Assembly: GCF_009914755.1 (NCBI RefSeq) | Contig: NC_060933.1 | Reading direction: 5' to 3' (one strand) | Source: the human T2T-CHM13v2.0 reference genome, Homo sapiens | Length of the DNA: 64,000 bases | Part shown: positions 41,101 to 54,663 of the stretch, one piece after another | Layout of the letters: every line of letters begins with the position of its first letter | Numbering within the stretch: position 1 is the first letter of the stretch | Position numbers and translations under genes: made by a program | The notes under the pieces: generated by a model | The model's input: only the letters and a program-made list of their open reading frames with translations | The model's database searches: none | What the model was told of the DNA's origin: nothing

Positions 41101-44100
41101 GAATTAACCCGAATAGAATGGAATGGAATGGAATGGAACGGAACGGAATGGAATGGAATGGAATGGAACGGAACGGAATGGAATGGAATGGAATGGAATG
41201 GAATCAACGCGAGTGCAGGGGAATGGAATGGAATGGAATGCAATGGAATGGAAACTTCCGGAATGGAATGGAATGGAATGGAATGGAATGAAATGCAATG
41301 GATTCAACTCGATTGCAATGGAATGGAATAGAATGGAATGGAATGGAATGGAATGGAATTAATCCGAATAGAATGGAATGGAATGGAATGGAACGGAATG
41401 GAACGGAATGGAATGGAATGGAATGGAATGGAATGGTATGGAATGGAATGGAATGGTACGGAATAGAATGGAATGGAACGAATTGTAATGGAATGGAATT
41501 GAATGGAATGGAATGGAATGGAATGGAATCAACGCGAGTGCAGGGGAATGTAATGGAACGGAATGCAATGGAATGGAATCATCCGGAATGGAATGGAATG
41601 GAATGGAATGGAATGGAATAAACACGAGTGCAATGGAATGGAGTGGAATGGAATGGAATGGAATGGAACAACCCGAATGGAATGGAATGTAATGGAGAGT
41701 AAGGGAGTTGAATAGAATCAATCCGAATGTAATGGAATGGAATGCAACGGAATGGAATGGAATGGAATGGAATGGAATGCAATGGAATGGAATCAACCCG
41801 AGTACAATGGAATGGAATGGAATGGAATGGAATGGAATGGAATGGAATGGAATGATACGGAATAGAATGGAATGGAACGAAATGGAATGGAACGGAACGG
41901 AATGGAATGGAATGGAATGGAATCGTTCCGAGTGGAATAGGAGGGAATGTATTCGAGTGGAATGGAAAGGAATGGAATCAACCAGAGTGGAATGGAAGGG
42001 AATGGAATGGAATGGAAACTAATAGAATGGAATCAACCCGAGTGGAATAGAATGGAAAGGACTGGAATGGAATGGAATGGAATGGAATCAACTCGTTTGT
42101 AATGGAATGGAATGGAATGGAATGGAATGGAATGGAATTAACCCGAATACAATGGAAGGGAATGGAATGGAATGGAAACTAATAGAATGGAATCAACCCG
42201 AGTGGAATGGAATGGAAAGGACTGGAATGGAATGGAATGCAATGGAATCAACTCGATTGTAATGGAATGGAATGGAATGGAATGGAATTAACCCGAATAC
42301 AATGGAATGGAATGCAATGGAATGGAATGGAATGGAGTGGAATGGAATGGAATCAACCCGAATGCAGGGGAATGGAATGGAATGGAATGCAATGGAATGG
42401 AATCATCCGGAATGGAATCGAATGGAATGGAATGCAAAGCAATGGAATCAACTCGATTGCAATGGAATGGAATGGAATGGAAAGGAATACATTGGAATCA
42501 ACCCGAGTGGAATGGAATGGAAAGGACTGGAATGGAGTGGAATGGAATGGAATGCAATGGAATGGAATGGAATGGAATCAACTTGATTGGAATGGAATGG
42601 AATGGAATGGAATGGAATGGAATGGAATGGAATCAACCCGACTGCAGGGGAATGGAATGGAATGGAATGCAATGGAATGGATTCAACTTGAATGGAATGG
42701 AAAGAATGGAATCAACACGAGTGGAATGGCATGGATTGGAATGGAATGGAATGGAATCAACCCGAGTACAGGGGAATGGAATGGAATGGAATGCAATGGA
42801 ATGGAATCATCCGTATTGGAATGGAAAGGAATGGAATGGAATGGAATGGAATGGAATGGAATGGAATGGAATGGAATGGAATCAACTCGATTGCAATCGA
42901 ATGGAATCGAATGGAATGGAATCAACTCGATTGCAATCGAATGGAATGGAATGGAATTAACCCGAATAGAATGGAATGGAATGGAATGGAACGGAACGGA
43001 ATGGAATGGAATGGAATGGAATGGAACGGAACGGAACGGAATGGAATGGAATGGAATGGAATGGAATCAACGCGAGTGCAAGGGAATGGAATGGAATGGA
43101 ATGCAATGGAATGGAATCTTCCGGAATGGAATGGAATTGAATGGAATGGAAAGGAATGGTATGGAATAAACCCGAGTGCAATGGAATGGAGTGGAATGGA
43201 ATGGAATGGAATGGAACAACCCGAATGGAATGGAATGTAATGGAGACTAAGGGAGTTGAATAGAATCAATCCGAATGTAATGGAATGGAATGGAACGGAA
43301 TGGAATTGAATGGAATGGAATGGAATGCAATGGAATGGAATCAACCCGAGTGCAATGGAATGGAGAGGAATGGAATGGAATGGAATGGAAACTACCCGAA
43401 TGGAATGGAATGTAATGGAGTGTAAGGGAATTGAATACAATCAATCCGAATGTAATGGAATGGAATGGAACAGAATGGAATGGAATGGAATGGAATGGAA
43501 TGGAATGGAATGGAATGCAATGGAATGGAATCAACCCGAGTGCAATCGAATGGAATCGAATGGAATGGAATGCAATGGAATGGATTCAACTTGAATGGAA
43601 TGGAAAGAATGGAATCAACACGAGTGGAATGGCATGGATTGGAATGGAATGGAATGGAATCAACCCGAGTACAGGGGAATGGAATGGAATGGAATGCAAT
43701 GGAATGGAATCATCCATAATGGAATGGAAAGGAATGCAATGGAATGGAATGGAATGGAATGGAATGGAATCAACTCGATTGCAATCGAATGGAATGGAAT
43801 GGAAGTAACCCGAATAGAATGGAATGGAATGGAATGGAACGGAACGGAATGGAATGGAATGGAATGGAACGGAACGGAATGGAATGGAATGGAATGGAAT
43901 GGAATCAACGCGAGTGCAGGGGAATGGAATGGAATGGAATGCAATGGAATGGAAACTTTCGGAATGGAATGGAATGGAATGGAATGGAATCAAATGCAAT
44001 GGATTCAACTCGATTGCAATGGAATGGAATAGAATGGAATGGAATGGAATGGAATGGAATTAATCCGAATAGAATGGAATGGAATGGAATGGAACGGAAT

Positions 44101-44885
44101 GGAACGGAATGGAATGGAATGGAATGGAATGGAATGGAATGGTATGGAATGGAATGGAATGGTACGGAATAGAATGGAATGGAACGAATTGTAATGGAAT
44201 GGAATTGAATTGAATGGAATGGAATGGAATGGAATGGAATCAACGCGAGTGCAGGGGAATGTAATGGAACGGAATGCAATGGAATGGAATCATCCGGAAT
44301 GGAATGGAATGGAATGGAATCAACACGAGTGCAATGGAATGGAGTTGAATGGAATGGAATGGAATGGAACAACCCGAATGGAATGGAATGTAATGGAGAG
44401 TAAGGGAGTTGAATAGAATCAATCCGAATGTAATGGAATGGAATGCAACGGAATGGAATGGAATGGAATGGAATGGAATGCAATGGAATGGAATCAACCC
44501 GAGTACAATGGAATGGAATGGAATGGAATGGAATGGAATGGAATGGAATGATACGGAATAGAATGGAATGGAACGAAATGGAATGGAATGGAATGGAATG
44601 GAATGGAATGGAATGGAATGGAATGGAATGGAATGGAATCGTTCCGAGTGGAATAGGAGGGAATGTATTCGAGTGGAATGGAAAGGAATGGAATCAACCA
44701 GAGTGGAATGGAAGGGAATGGAATGGAAACTAATAGAATGGAATCAACCCGAGTGGAATAGAATGGAAAGGACTGGAATGGAATGGAATGGAATGGAATG
44801 GAATCAACTCGTTTGTAATGGAATGGAATGGAAAGGAATGGAATGGAATGGAATGGAATTAACCCGAATACAATGGAAGGGAATG
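35125..44885 (+). repeat. ~9.76-kb tandem duplication, copy 1
   Basis: Rare variants recur in order at offsets of 9741-9771 bp: CAACCCGATTGG, GAGTAATCCG, AATACCTTCAAA, CATTCCGCATGT, CACCCGTAAT, GAGACTAAGG, GAAGTAACCCG, GAAACTTTCGG. ORF-track peptides at 39040 and 48801 are identical. Confidence 0.93.
38737..41264 (+). repeat. Three tandem ~0.84-kb higher-order units (HSE to HSE)
   Basis: HSE spacings are 843, 837 and 833 bp with the same module order. The same pattern occurs at 48498-51020 and at 60443-62959 (837, 837, 828). Confidence 0.85.
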
Positions 44886-47800
44886 GAATGGAATGGAAAC
44901 TAATAGAATGGAATCAACCCGATTGGAATGGAATGGAAAGGACTGGAATGGAATGGAATGGAATGGAATGGAATGGAATTAACCGGAATAGAATGGAATG
45001 GAATGGAATGGAACGGAATGGAATGGAATGGAAGGGAATGGAATCAACACGAGTGCAGGGGAATGGAATGGAATGGAATGGAATGGAATGGAATGGAATC
45101 AACTCCATTGCAATGGAATGGAATGGAATGGAATGGAATAGAATGGAATGGAATTAACCCGAATAGAATGGAATGCAATAGAATGGAATGCAACGGAACC
45201 GAATGGAGTGGAATGGAATGGAATGGAATCAACCCGAGTACAGGGGAATGGAATGGAATGGAATGCAATGGAATGGAGTAATCCGTAATGGAATGGAAAG
45301 GAATGGAATGGAATGGAATGGAATGGAATGGAATGGAATCAACTCAATGGCAATCGAATGGAATGGAATGGAATTAACCCGAATAGAATGGAATGGAATG
45401 GAATGGAACGGAACGGAATGGAATGGAATGGAATGGAATGGAATGGAACGGAACGGAATGGAATGGAATGGAATCGAATGGAATCAACGCGAGTGCAGGG
45501 GAATGGAATGGAATGGAATGCAATCGAATGGAATCTTCCGGAATGGAATGCAATGGAATGGAATGGAATGAAAGGCAATGGATTCAACTCGATTGCAATG
45601 GAATGGAATAGAATGGAATGGAATGGAATGGAATGGAATTTAATTGAATGGAATGGAATACCTTCAAACCGAATGGAATGGAAAGGAATGGAATCAACAC
45701 GAGTGGAAAGGAATGGAATGGAAAGGAATGGAATGGAATGGAATGGTACGGAATAGAATGGAATGGAACGAACTGGAATGGAATGGAATGGAATGGAATG
45801 GAATGGAATGGAATGGAATGGAATCGTTCCGAGTGGAATAGGATGGAATGTATTCGAGTGGAATGGAAAGGAATGGAATCAACCAGAGTGGAATGGAAGG
45901 GAATGGAATGGAATGGAAACTAATAGAATGGAATCAACCCGAGTGGAATGGAATGGAAAGGACTGGAATGGAATGGAATGGAATGGAAGGGAATGGAATC
46001 AACTCGATTGTAATGGAATGGAATGGAATGGAATGGAATGGAATGGAATGGAATGGAATGGAATTAACCCGAATACAATGGAATGGAATGGAATGGAACG
46101 GAATGGAGTGGAATGGAATGGAATCAACCCGAGTGCAGGGGAATGGAATGGAATGGAATGCAATGGAATGGAATCATCCGGAATGGAATGGAATGGAATG
46201 GAATGCAAAGCAATGGAATCAACTCGATTGCAATGGAATGGAATGGAATGGAAAGGAATAGAATGGAATCAACCCGAGTGTAATGGAATGGAAAGGACTG
46301 GAATGGAGTGTAATGCAATGGAATGGAATGGAATGGAATCAACTCGATTGTAATGGAATGGAATGGAATGGAATGGAATGGAATTAACCCGAATAGAATG
46401 GAATGGAATGGAATGGAACGGAACGGAATGGAATGGAATGGAATGGAATGGAATGGAATGGAATGGAATCAACCCGACTGCAGGGGAATGGAATGGAATG
46501 GAATGGAATGGAATGGAATGGAATGGAATCATCCGGAACGGAATGGAATGGAATGGAATGGAATCAAATCGATTGCAATGGAATGGAATGGAATGGAATG
46601 GAATCGAATGGAGTGGAGTGGAATTAACCGGAATAGAATGGAATGGAATGGAATGGAACGGAATGAAATGGAATGGAATGGAATGGAATGGAATGGAATC
46701 AACCCGAGTGCAGGGGAATGGAATGGAATGGAATGCAATGGAATGGAATCATCCGGAATGGAATGGAATGGAATGGAATGCAATCAACCTGATGCAATGG
46801 AATGGAGTGGAATGGAATGGAATGGAATGGAAACATCCCGAATGGAATGGAATGTAATGGAGTGTAAGGGAATTGAATAGAATCAATCCGAATGTAATGG
46901 AATGGAATGGAATGAAATGGAATGGAATGGAATGGAATGGAATCAACCCGAGTGCAATGGAATGGATTCGAATGGAATGGAATGGAATGGAATGGATTCA
47001 ACAAGAATGGAATGGAAAGGAATGGAATCAACCCGAGTGTAATGGCATGGAATGGAACGGAATGGAATGGGATGGAATGGAATGGTATGGAATAGAATGG
47101 AATGGAATGAAATGGAATAGAATGGAATGGAATGGAATGGAATGGAATGAACCCGTGTGCAATGGAATGGAATGGAATGGAATGGAATGGATTCAACTCG
47201 ATTGGAATCAACTCGATTGCAATGGAATGGAATGGAATTGAAAGGAATAGAATGGAATCAACCCGAGTGGAATGGAATGGAAAGGACTGGAATGGAGTGG
47301 AATGGAATGGAATGGAATTAACCCGAATAGAATGAAATGGAATGGAATGGAATGGAATGTAATGGAATGGAATGGAATGGAATCAACCCGAGTGCAGGGG
47401 AATGGAATGGAATGGAATGCAATGGAATGGAATCATCCGGAATGGAATGGAATGGAATGGAATGGAATGGAATGGAATCAACTCGATTTCAATGGAAATG
47501 GAATGGAATAGAATGGAATGGAATTAACACGAATAGAATGGAATGGAATGGAATTGAATGGAACAGAAAGGAATGGAATGGAATGGAATGGAATCAACCC
47601 AAGTGCAGGGGAATGGAATGGAATGGAATTCAATGGAAAGTAATCATCCGGAATGGAATGGAATGGAATGGAATGGAATGGAATGGAATCAACCCGAGTG
47701 CAATGGAATGGAGAGGAATGGAATGGAAACTACACGAATCGAATGGAATGTAATGGAGTGTAAGGGAATTGAATAGAATGAATCCGAATGGAATGGAATG

Positions 47801-50800
47801 GAAAGGAATGGAATGGAATGGAATGGAATGGAATGGAATGCAATGCCATGGAATCAACCCGAGTGCAATCGAATGGAATCGAATGGAATGGAATGCAATG
47901 GAATGGATTCAACTTGAATGGAATGGAAAGAATGGAATCAACACGAGTGGAATGGCATGGATTGGAATGGAATGGAATGGAATCAACCCGAGTAAAGGGG
48001 AATGGAATGGAATGGAATGAAATGGAATGGAATCATCCGTAATGTAATGGAAAGGAATGGAATGGAATGGAATGGAATGGAATCAACTCTATTGCAATCG
48101 AATGGAATGGAATGGAATTAACCCGAATAGAATGGAATGGAATGGAATGGAATGGAACGGAACGGAACGGAACGGAATGGAATGGAATGGAATGGAATGG
48201 AATGGAATGGAATGGAATGCAATGGAATCAACTGATTGCAATGGAATGGAATGGAATGGAATGGAATGGAATGGAATGGAATGGAATCAACTCGATTGCA
48301 ATGGAATGGAATGGAATGGAATTAACCCAAATAGAATGGAATGGTATGGAATGGAACGGAACGGAACGGAATGGAATGGAATGGAATGGAATGGAATGGA
48401 ACGGAAAGGAATGGAATGGAACGGAATGGAATGGAATGGAATGGAATGGAATCAACGCGAGTGCAGGGGAATGGAATGGAATGGAATGCAATGGAATGGA
48501 ATCTTCCGGAATGGAATGGAATGGAATGGAATGGAATCAACCCGAGTGCAATGGAATGGAGTGGAATGGAATGGAATGGAATGGAACAACCCGAATGGAA
48601 TGGAATGTAATGGAGAGTAAAGGAGTTGAATAGAATCATTCCGCATGTAATGGAATGGAATGGAACGGAATGGAATTGAATGGAATGGAATGGAATGCAA
48701 TGGAATGGAATCAACCCGAGTGCAATGGAATGGAGAGGAATGGAATGGAATGGAATGGAAACTACCCGAATGGAATGGAATGTAATGGAGTGTAAGGGAA
48801 TTGAATAGAATCAATCCGAATGTAATGGAATGGAATGGAACGGAATGGAATGGAATGGAATGGAATGGAATGGAATGGAATGGAATCAACCCGAGTGCAA
48901 TCGAATGGAATCGAATGGAATGCAATACAATGGAATGGATTCAACTTGAATGGAATGGAAAGAATGGAATCAACACGAGTGGAATGGCATGGATTGGAAT
49001 GGAATGGAATGGAATCAACCCGAGTACAGGGGAATGGAATGGAATGGAATGCAATGGAATGGAATCACCCGTAATGGAATGGAAAGGAATGGAATGGAAT
49101 GGAATGGAATGGAATGGAATGGAATGGAATGGAATCAACTCGATTGCAATCGAATGGAATGGAATGGAATTAACCCAAATAGAATGGAATGGAATGGAAT
49201 GGAACGGAACGGAATGGAATGGAATGGAATGGAATGGAATGGAACGGAACGGAACGGAACGGAATGGAATGGAATGGAATGGAATGGAAAGGAATCAACG
49301 CGAGTGCAGGGGAATGGAATGGAATGGAATGCAATGGAATGGAATCTTCCGGAATGGAATGGAATGGAATGGAATGGAATGGAATCAACCCGAGTGCAAT
49401 CGAATGGAGTGGAATGGAATGGAATGGAATGGAACAACCCGAATTGAATGGAATGTAATGGAGAGTAAGGGAGTTGAATGGAATCAATCCGAAAGTAATG
49501 GAATGGTATGGAACGGAATGGAATTGAATGGAATGGAATGGAATGCATGGAATGGATTCAACCCGAGTTCAACGGAATGGAGAGGAATGGAATGGAATGG
49601 AATGGAAACTACCCGAATGGAATGGAATGGAATGGAGTGTAAGGGAATTGAATAGAATCAATCCGAATGTAATGGAATGGAATGGAACGGAATGGAATGG
49701 AATGGAATGGAATTGAATGGAATGGAATGCAATGGAATGGAATCAACCCGAGTGCAATCGAATGGAATCGAATGGAATGGAATGCAATGGAATGGATTCA
49801 ACTTGAATGGAATGGAAAGAATGGAATCAACACGAGTGGAATGGCATGGATTGGAATGGAATGGAATGGAATCAACCCGAGTACAGGGGAATGGAATGGA
49901 ATGGAATGCAATGGAATGGAATCATCCGTCATGGAATGGAAAGGAATGGAATGGAATGGAATGGAATGGAATGGAATCAACTCGATTGCAATCGAATGGA
50001 ATGGAATGGAATTAACCCGAATAGAATGGAATGGAATGGAATGGAACGGAACGGAATGGAATGGAATGGAATGGAATGGAATGGAACGGAAAGGAAAGGA
50101 ATGGAATGGAATAGAATGGAATGGAATGGAATCAACGCGAGTGCAGGGGAATGGAATGGAATGGAATGCAATGGAATGGAATCTTCCGGAATGGAATGGA
50201 ATGGAATGGAATGGAATGGAATGGAATCAACCCTAGTGCAATGGAATGGAGTGGAATGGAATGGAATGGAATGGAACAACCCGAATGGAATGGAATGAAA
50301 TGGAGAGTAAGGGAGTTGAATAGAATCAATCCGAATGTAATGGAATGGAATGCAACGGAATGGAATGGAATGGAATGGAATGGAATGCAATGGAATGGAA
50401 TCAACCCGAGTGCAATGGAATGGAGAGGAATGGAATGGAATGGAATGGAAACTACCCGAATGGAATGGAATGTAATGGAGTGTAAGGGAATTGAATAGAA
50501 TCAATCCGAATGTAATGGAATGGAATGGAACGGAATGGAATGGAATGGAATGGAATGGAATGGAATGCAATGGAATGGAATCAACCCGAGTGCAATCGAA
50601 TGGAATCGAATGGAATGGAATGCAATGGAATGGATTCAACTTGAATGGAATGGAAAGAATGGAATCAACACGAGTGGAATGGCATGGATTGGAATGGAAT
50701 GGAATGGAATCAACCCGAGTACAGGGGAATGGAATGGAATGGAATGCAATGGAATGGAATCATCCGTAATGGAATGGAAAGGAATGGAATGGAATGGAAT

Positions 50801-53800
50801 GGAGTGGAATGGAATGGAATGGAATCAACTCGATTGCAATCGAATGGAATGGAATGGAATTAACCCGAATAGAATGGAATGGAATGGAATGGAACGGAAC
50901 GGAATGGAATGGAATGGAATGGAACGGAACGGAATGGAATGGAATGGAATGGAATGGAATCAACGCGAGTGCAGGGGAATGGAATGGAATGGAATGCAAT
51001 GGAATGGAAACTTCCGGAATGGAATGGAATGGAATGGAATGGAATGAAATGCAATGGATTCAACTCGATTGCAATGGAATGGAATAGAATGGAATGGAAT
51101 GGAATGGAATGGAATTAATCCGAATAGAATGGAATGGAATGGAATGGAACGGAATGGAACGGAATGGAATGGAATGGAATGGAATGGAATGGTATGGAAT
51201 GGAATGGAATGGTACGGAATAGAATGGAATGGAACGAATTGTAATGGAATGGAATTGAATGGAATGGAATGGAATGGAATGGAATCAACGCGAGTGCAGG
51301 GGAATGTAATGGAACGGAATGCAATGGAATGGAATCATCCGGAATGGAATGGAATGGAATGGAATGGAATGGAATAAACACGAGTGCAATGGAATGGAGT
51401 GGAATGGAATGGAATGGAATGGAACAACCCGAATGGAATGGAATGTAATGGAGAGTAAGGGAGTTGAATAGAATCAATCCGAATGTAATGGAATGGAATG
51501 CAACGGAATGGAATGGAATGGAATGGAATGGAATGCAATGGAATGGAATCAACCCGAGTACAATGGAATGGAATGGAATGGAATGGAATGGAATGGAATG
51601 GAATGGAATGATACGGAATAGAATGGAATGGAACGAAATGGAATGGAACGGAACGGAATGGAATGGAATGGAATGGAATCGTTCCGAGTGGAATAGGAGG
51701 GAATGTATTCGAGTGGAATGGAAAGGAATGGAATCAACCAGAGTGGAATGGAAGGGAATGGAATGGAATGGAAACTAATAGAATGGAATCAACCCGAGTG
51801 GAATAGAATGGAAAGGACTGGAATGGAATGGAATGGAATGGAATCAACTCGTTTGTAATGGAATGGAATGGAATGGAATGGAATGGAATGGAATTAACCC
51901 GAATACAATGGAAGGGAATGGAATGGAATGGAAACTAATAGAATGGAATCAACCCGAGTGGAATGGAATGGAAAGGACTGGAATGGAATGGAATGCAATG
52001 GAATCAACTCGATTGTAATGGAATGGAATGGAATGGAATGGAATTAACCCGAATACAATGGAATGGAATGCAATGGAATGGAATGGAATGGAGTGGAATG
52101 GAATGGAATCAACCCGAATGCAGGGGAATGGAATGGAATGGAATGCAATGGAATGGAATCATCCGGAATGGAATCGAATGGAATGGAATGCAAAGCAATG
52201 GAATCAACTCGATTGCAATGGAATGGAATGGAATGGAAAGGAATACATTGGAATCAACCCGAGTGGAATGGAATGGAAAGGACTGGAATGGAGTGGAATG
52301 GAATGGAATGCAATGGAATGGAATGGAATGGAATCAACTTGATTGGAATGGAATGGAATGGAATGGAATGGAATGGAATGGAATGGAATCAACCCGACTG
52401 CAGGGGAATGGAATGGAATGGAATGCAATGGAATGGATTCAACTTGAATGGAATGGAAAGAATGGAATCAACACGAGTGGAATGGCATGGATTGGAATGG
52501 AATGGAATGGAATCAACCCGAGTACAGGGGAATGGAATGGAATGGAATGCAATGGAATGGAATCATCCGTATTGGAATGGAAAGGAATGGAATGGAATGG
52601 AATGGAATGGAATGGAATGGAATGGAATGGAATCAACTCGATTGCAATCGAATGGAATCGAATGGAATGGAATCAACTCGATTGCAATCGAATGGAATGG
52701 AATGGAATTAACCCGAATAGAATGGAATGGAATGGAATGGAACGGAACGGAATGGAATGGAATGGAATGGAATGGAACGGAACGGAACGGAATGGAATGG
52801 AATGGAATGGAATGGAATCAACGCGAGTGCAAGGGAATGGAATGGAATGGAATGCAATGGAATGGAATCTTCCGGAATGGAATGGAATTGAATGGAATGG
52901 AAAGGAATGGTATGGAATAAACCCGAGTGCAATGGAATGGAGTGGAATGGAATGGAATGGAATGGAACAACCCGAATGGAATGGAATGTAATGGAGACTA
53001 AGGGAGTTGAATAGAATCAATCCGAATGTAATGGAATGGAATGGAACGGAATGGAATTGAATGGAATGGAATGGAATGCAATGGAATGGAATCAACCCGA
53101 GTGCAATGGAATGGAGAGGAATGGAATGGAATGGAATGGAAACTACCCGAATGGAATGGAATGTAATGGAGTGTAAGGGAATTGAATACAATCAATCCGA
53201 ATGTAATGGAATGGAATGGAACAGAATGGAATGGAATGGAATGGAATGGAATGGAATGGAATGGAATGCAATGGAATGGAATCAACCCGAGTGCAATCGA
53301 ATGGAATCGAATGGAATGGAATGCAATGGAATGGATTCAACTTGAATGGAATGGAAAGAATGGAATCAACACGAGTGGAATGGCATGGATTGGAATGGAA
53401 TGGAATGGAATCAACCCGAGTACAGGGGAATGGAATGGAATGGAATGCAATGGAATGGAATCATCCATAATGGAATGGAAAGGAATGCAATGGAATGGAA
53501 TGGAATGGAATGGAATGGAATCAACTCGATTGCAATCGAATGGAATGGAATGGAAGTAACCCGAATAGAATGGAATGGAATGGAATGGAACGGAACGGAA
53601 TGGAATGGAATGGAATGGAACGGAACGGAATGGAATGGAATGGAATGGAATGGAATCAACGCGAGTGCAGGGGAATGGAATGGAATGGAATGCAATGGAA
53701 TGGAAACTTTCGGAATGGAATGGAATGGAATGGAATGGAATCAAATGCAATGGATTCAACTCGATTGCAATGGAATGGAATAGAATGGAATGGAATGGAA

Positions 53801-54663
53801 TGGAATGGAATTAATCCGAATAGAATGGAATGGAATGGAATGGAACGGAATGGAACGGAATGGAATGGAATGGAATGGAATGGAATGGAATGGTATGGAA
53901 TGGAATGGAATGGTACGGAATAGAATGGAATGGAACGAATTGTAATGGAATGGAATTGAATTGAATGGAATGGAATGGAATGGAATGGAATCAACGCGAG
54001 TGCAGGGGAATGTAATGGAACGGAATGCAATGGAATGGAATCATCCGGAATGGAATGGAATGGAATGGAATCAACACGAGTGCAATGGAATGGAGTTGAA
54101 TGGAATGGAATGGAATGGAACAACCCGAATGGAATGGAATGTAATGGAGAGTAAGGGAGTTGAATAGAATCAATCCGAATGTAATGGAATGGAATGCAAC
54201 GGAATGGAATGGAATGGAATGGAATGGAATGCAATGGAATGGAATCAACCCGAGTACAATGGAATGGAATGGAATGGAATGGAATGGAATGGAATGGAAT
54301 GATACGGAATAGAATGCAATGGAACGAAATGGAATGGAATGGAATGGAATGGAATGGAATGGAATGGAATGGAATGGAATGGAATCGTTCCGAGTGGAAT
54401 AGGAGGGAATGTATTCGAGTGGAATGGAAAGGAATGGAATCAACCAGAGTGGAATGGAAGGGAATGGAATGGAAACTAATAGAATGGAATCAACCCGAGT
54501 GGAATAGAATGGAAAGGACTGGAATGGAATGGAATGGAATGGAATCAACTCGTTTGTAATGGAATGGAATGGAAAGGAATGGAATGGAATGGAATGGAAT
54601 TAACCCGAATACAATGGAAGGGAATGGAATGGAATGGAAACTAATAGAATGGAATCAACCCGA
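44886..54663 (+). repeat. ~9.74-kb tandem duplication, copy 2 (includes terminal 37-bp homology tract)
   Basis: Collinear with 35125-44922. Identity ends at 54664, where CCCGAG replaces the CCCGAT seen at 44923. Confidence 0.93.
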
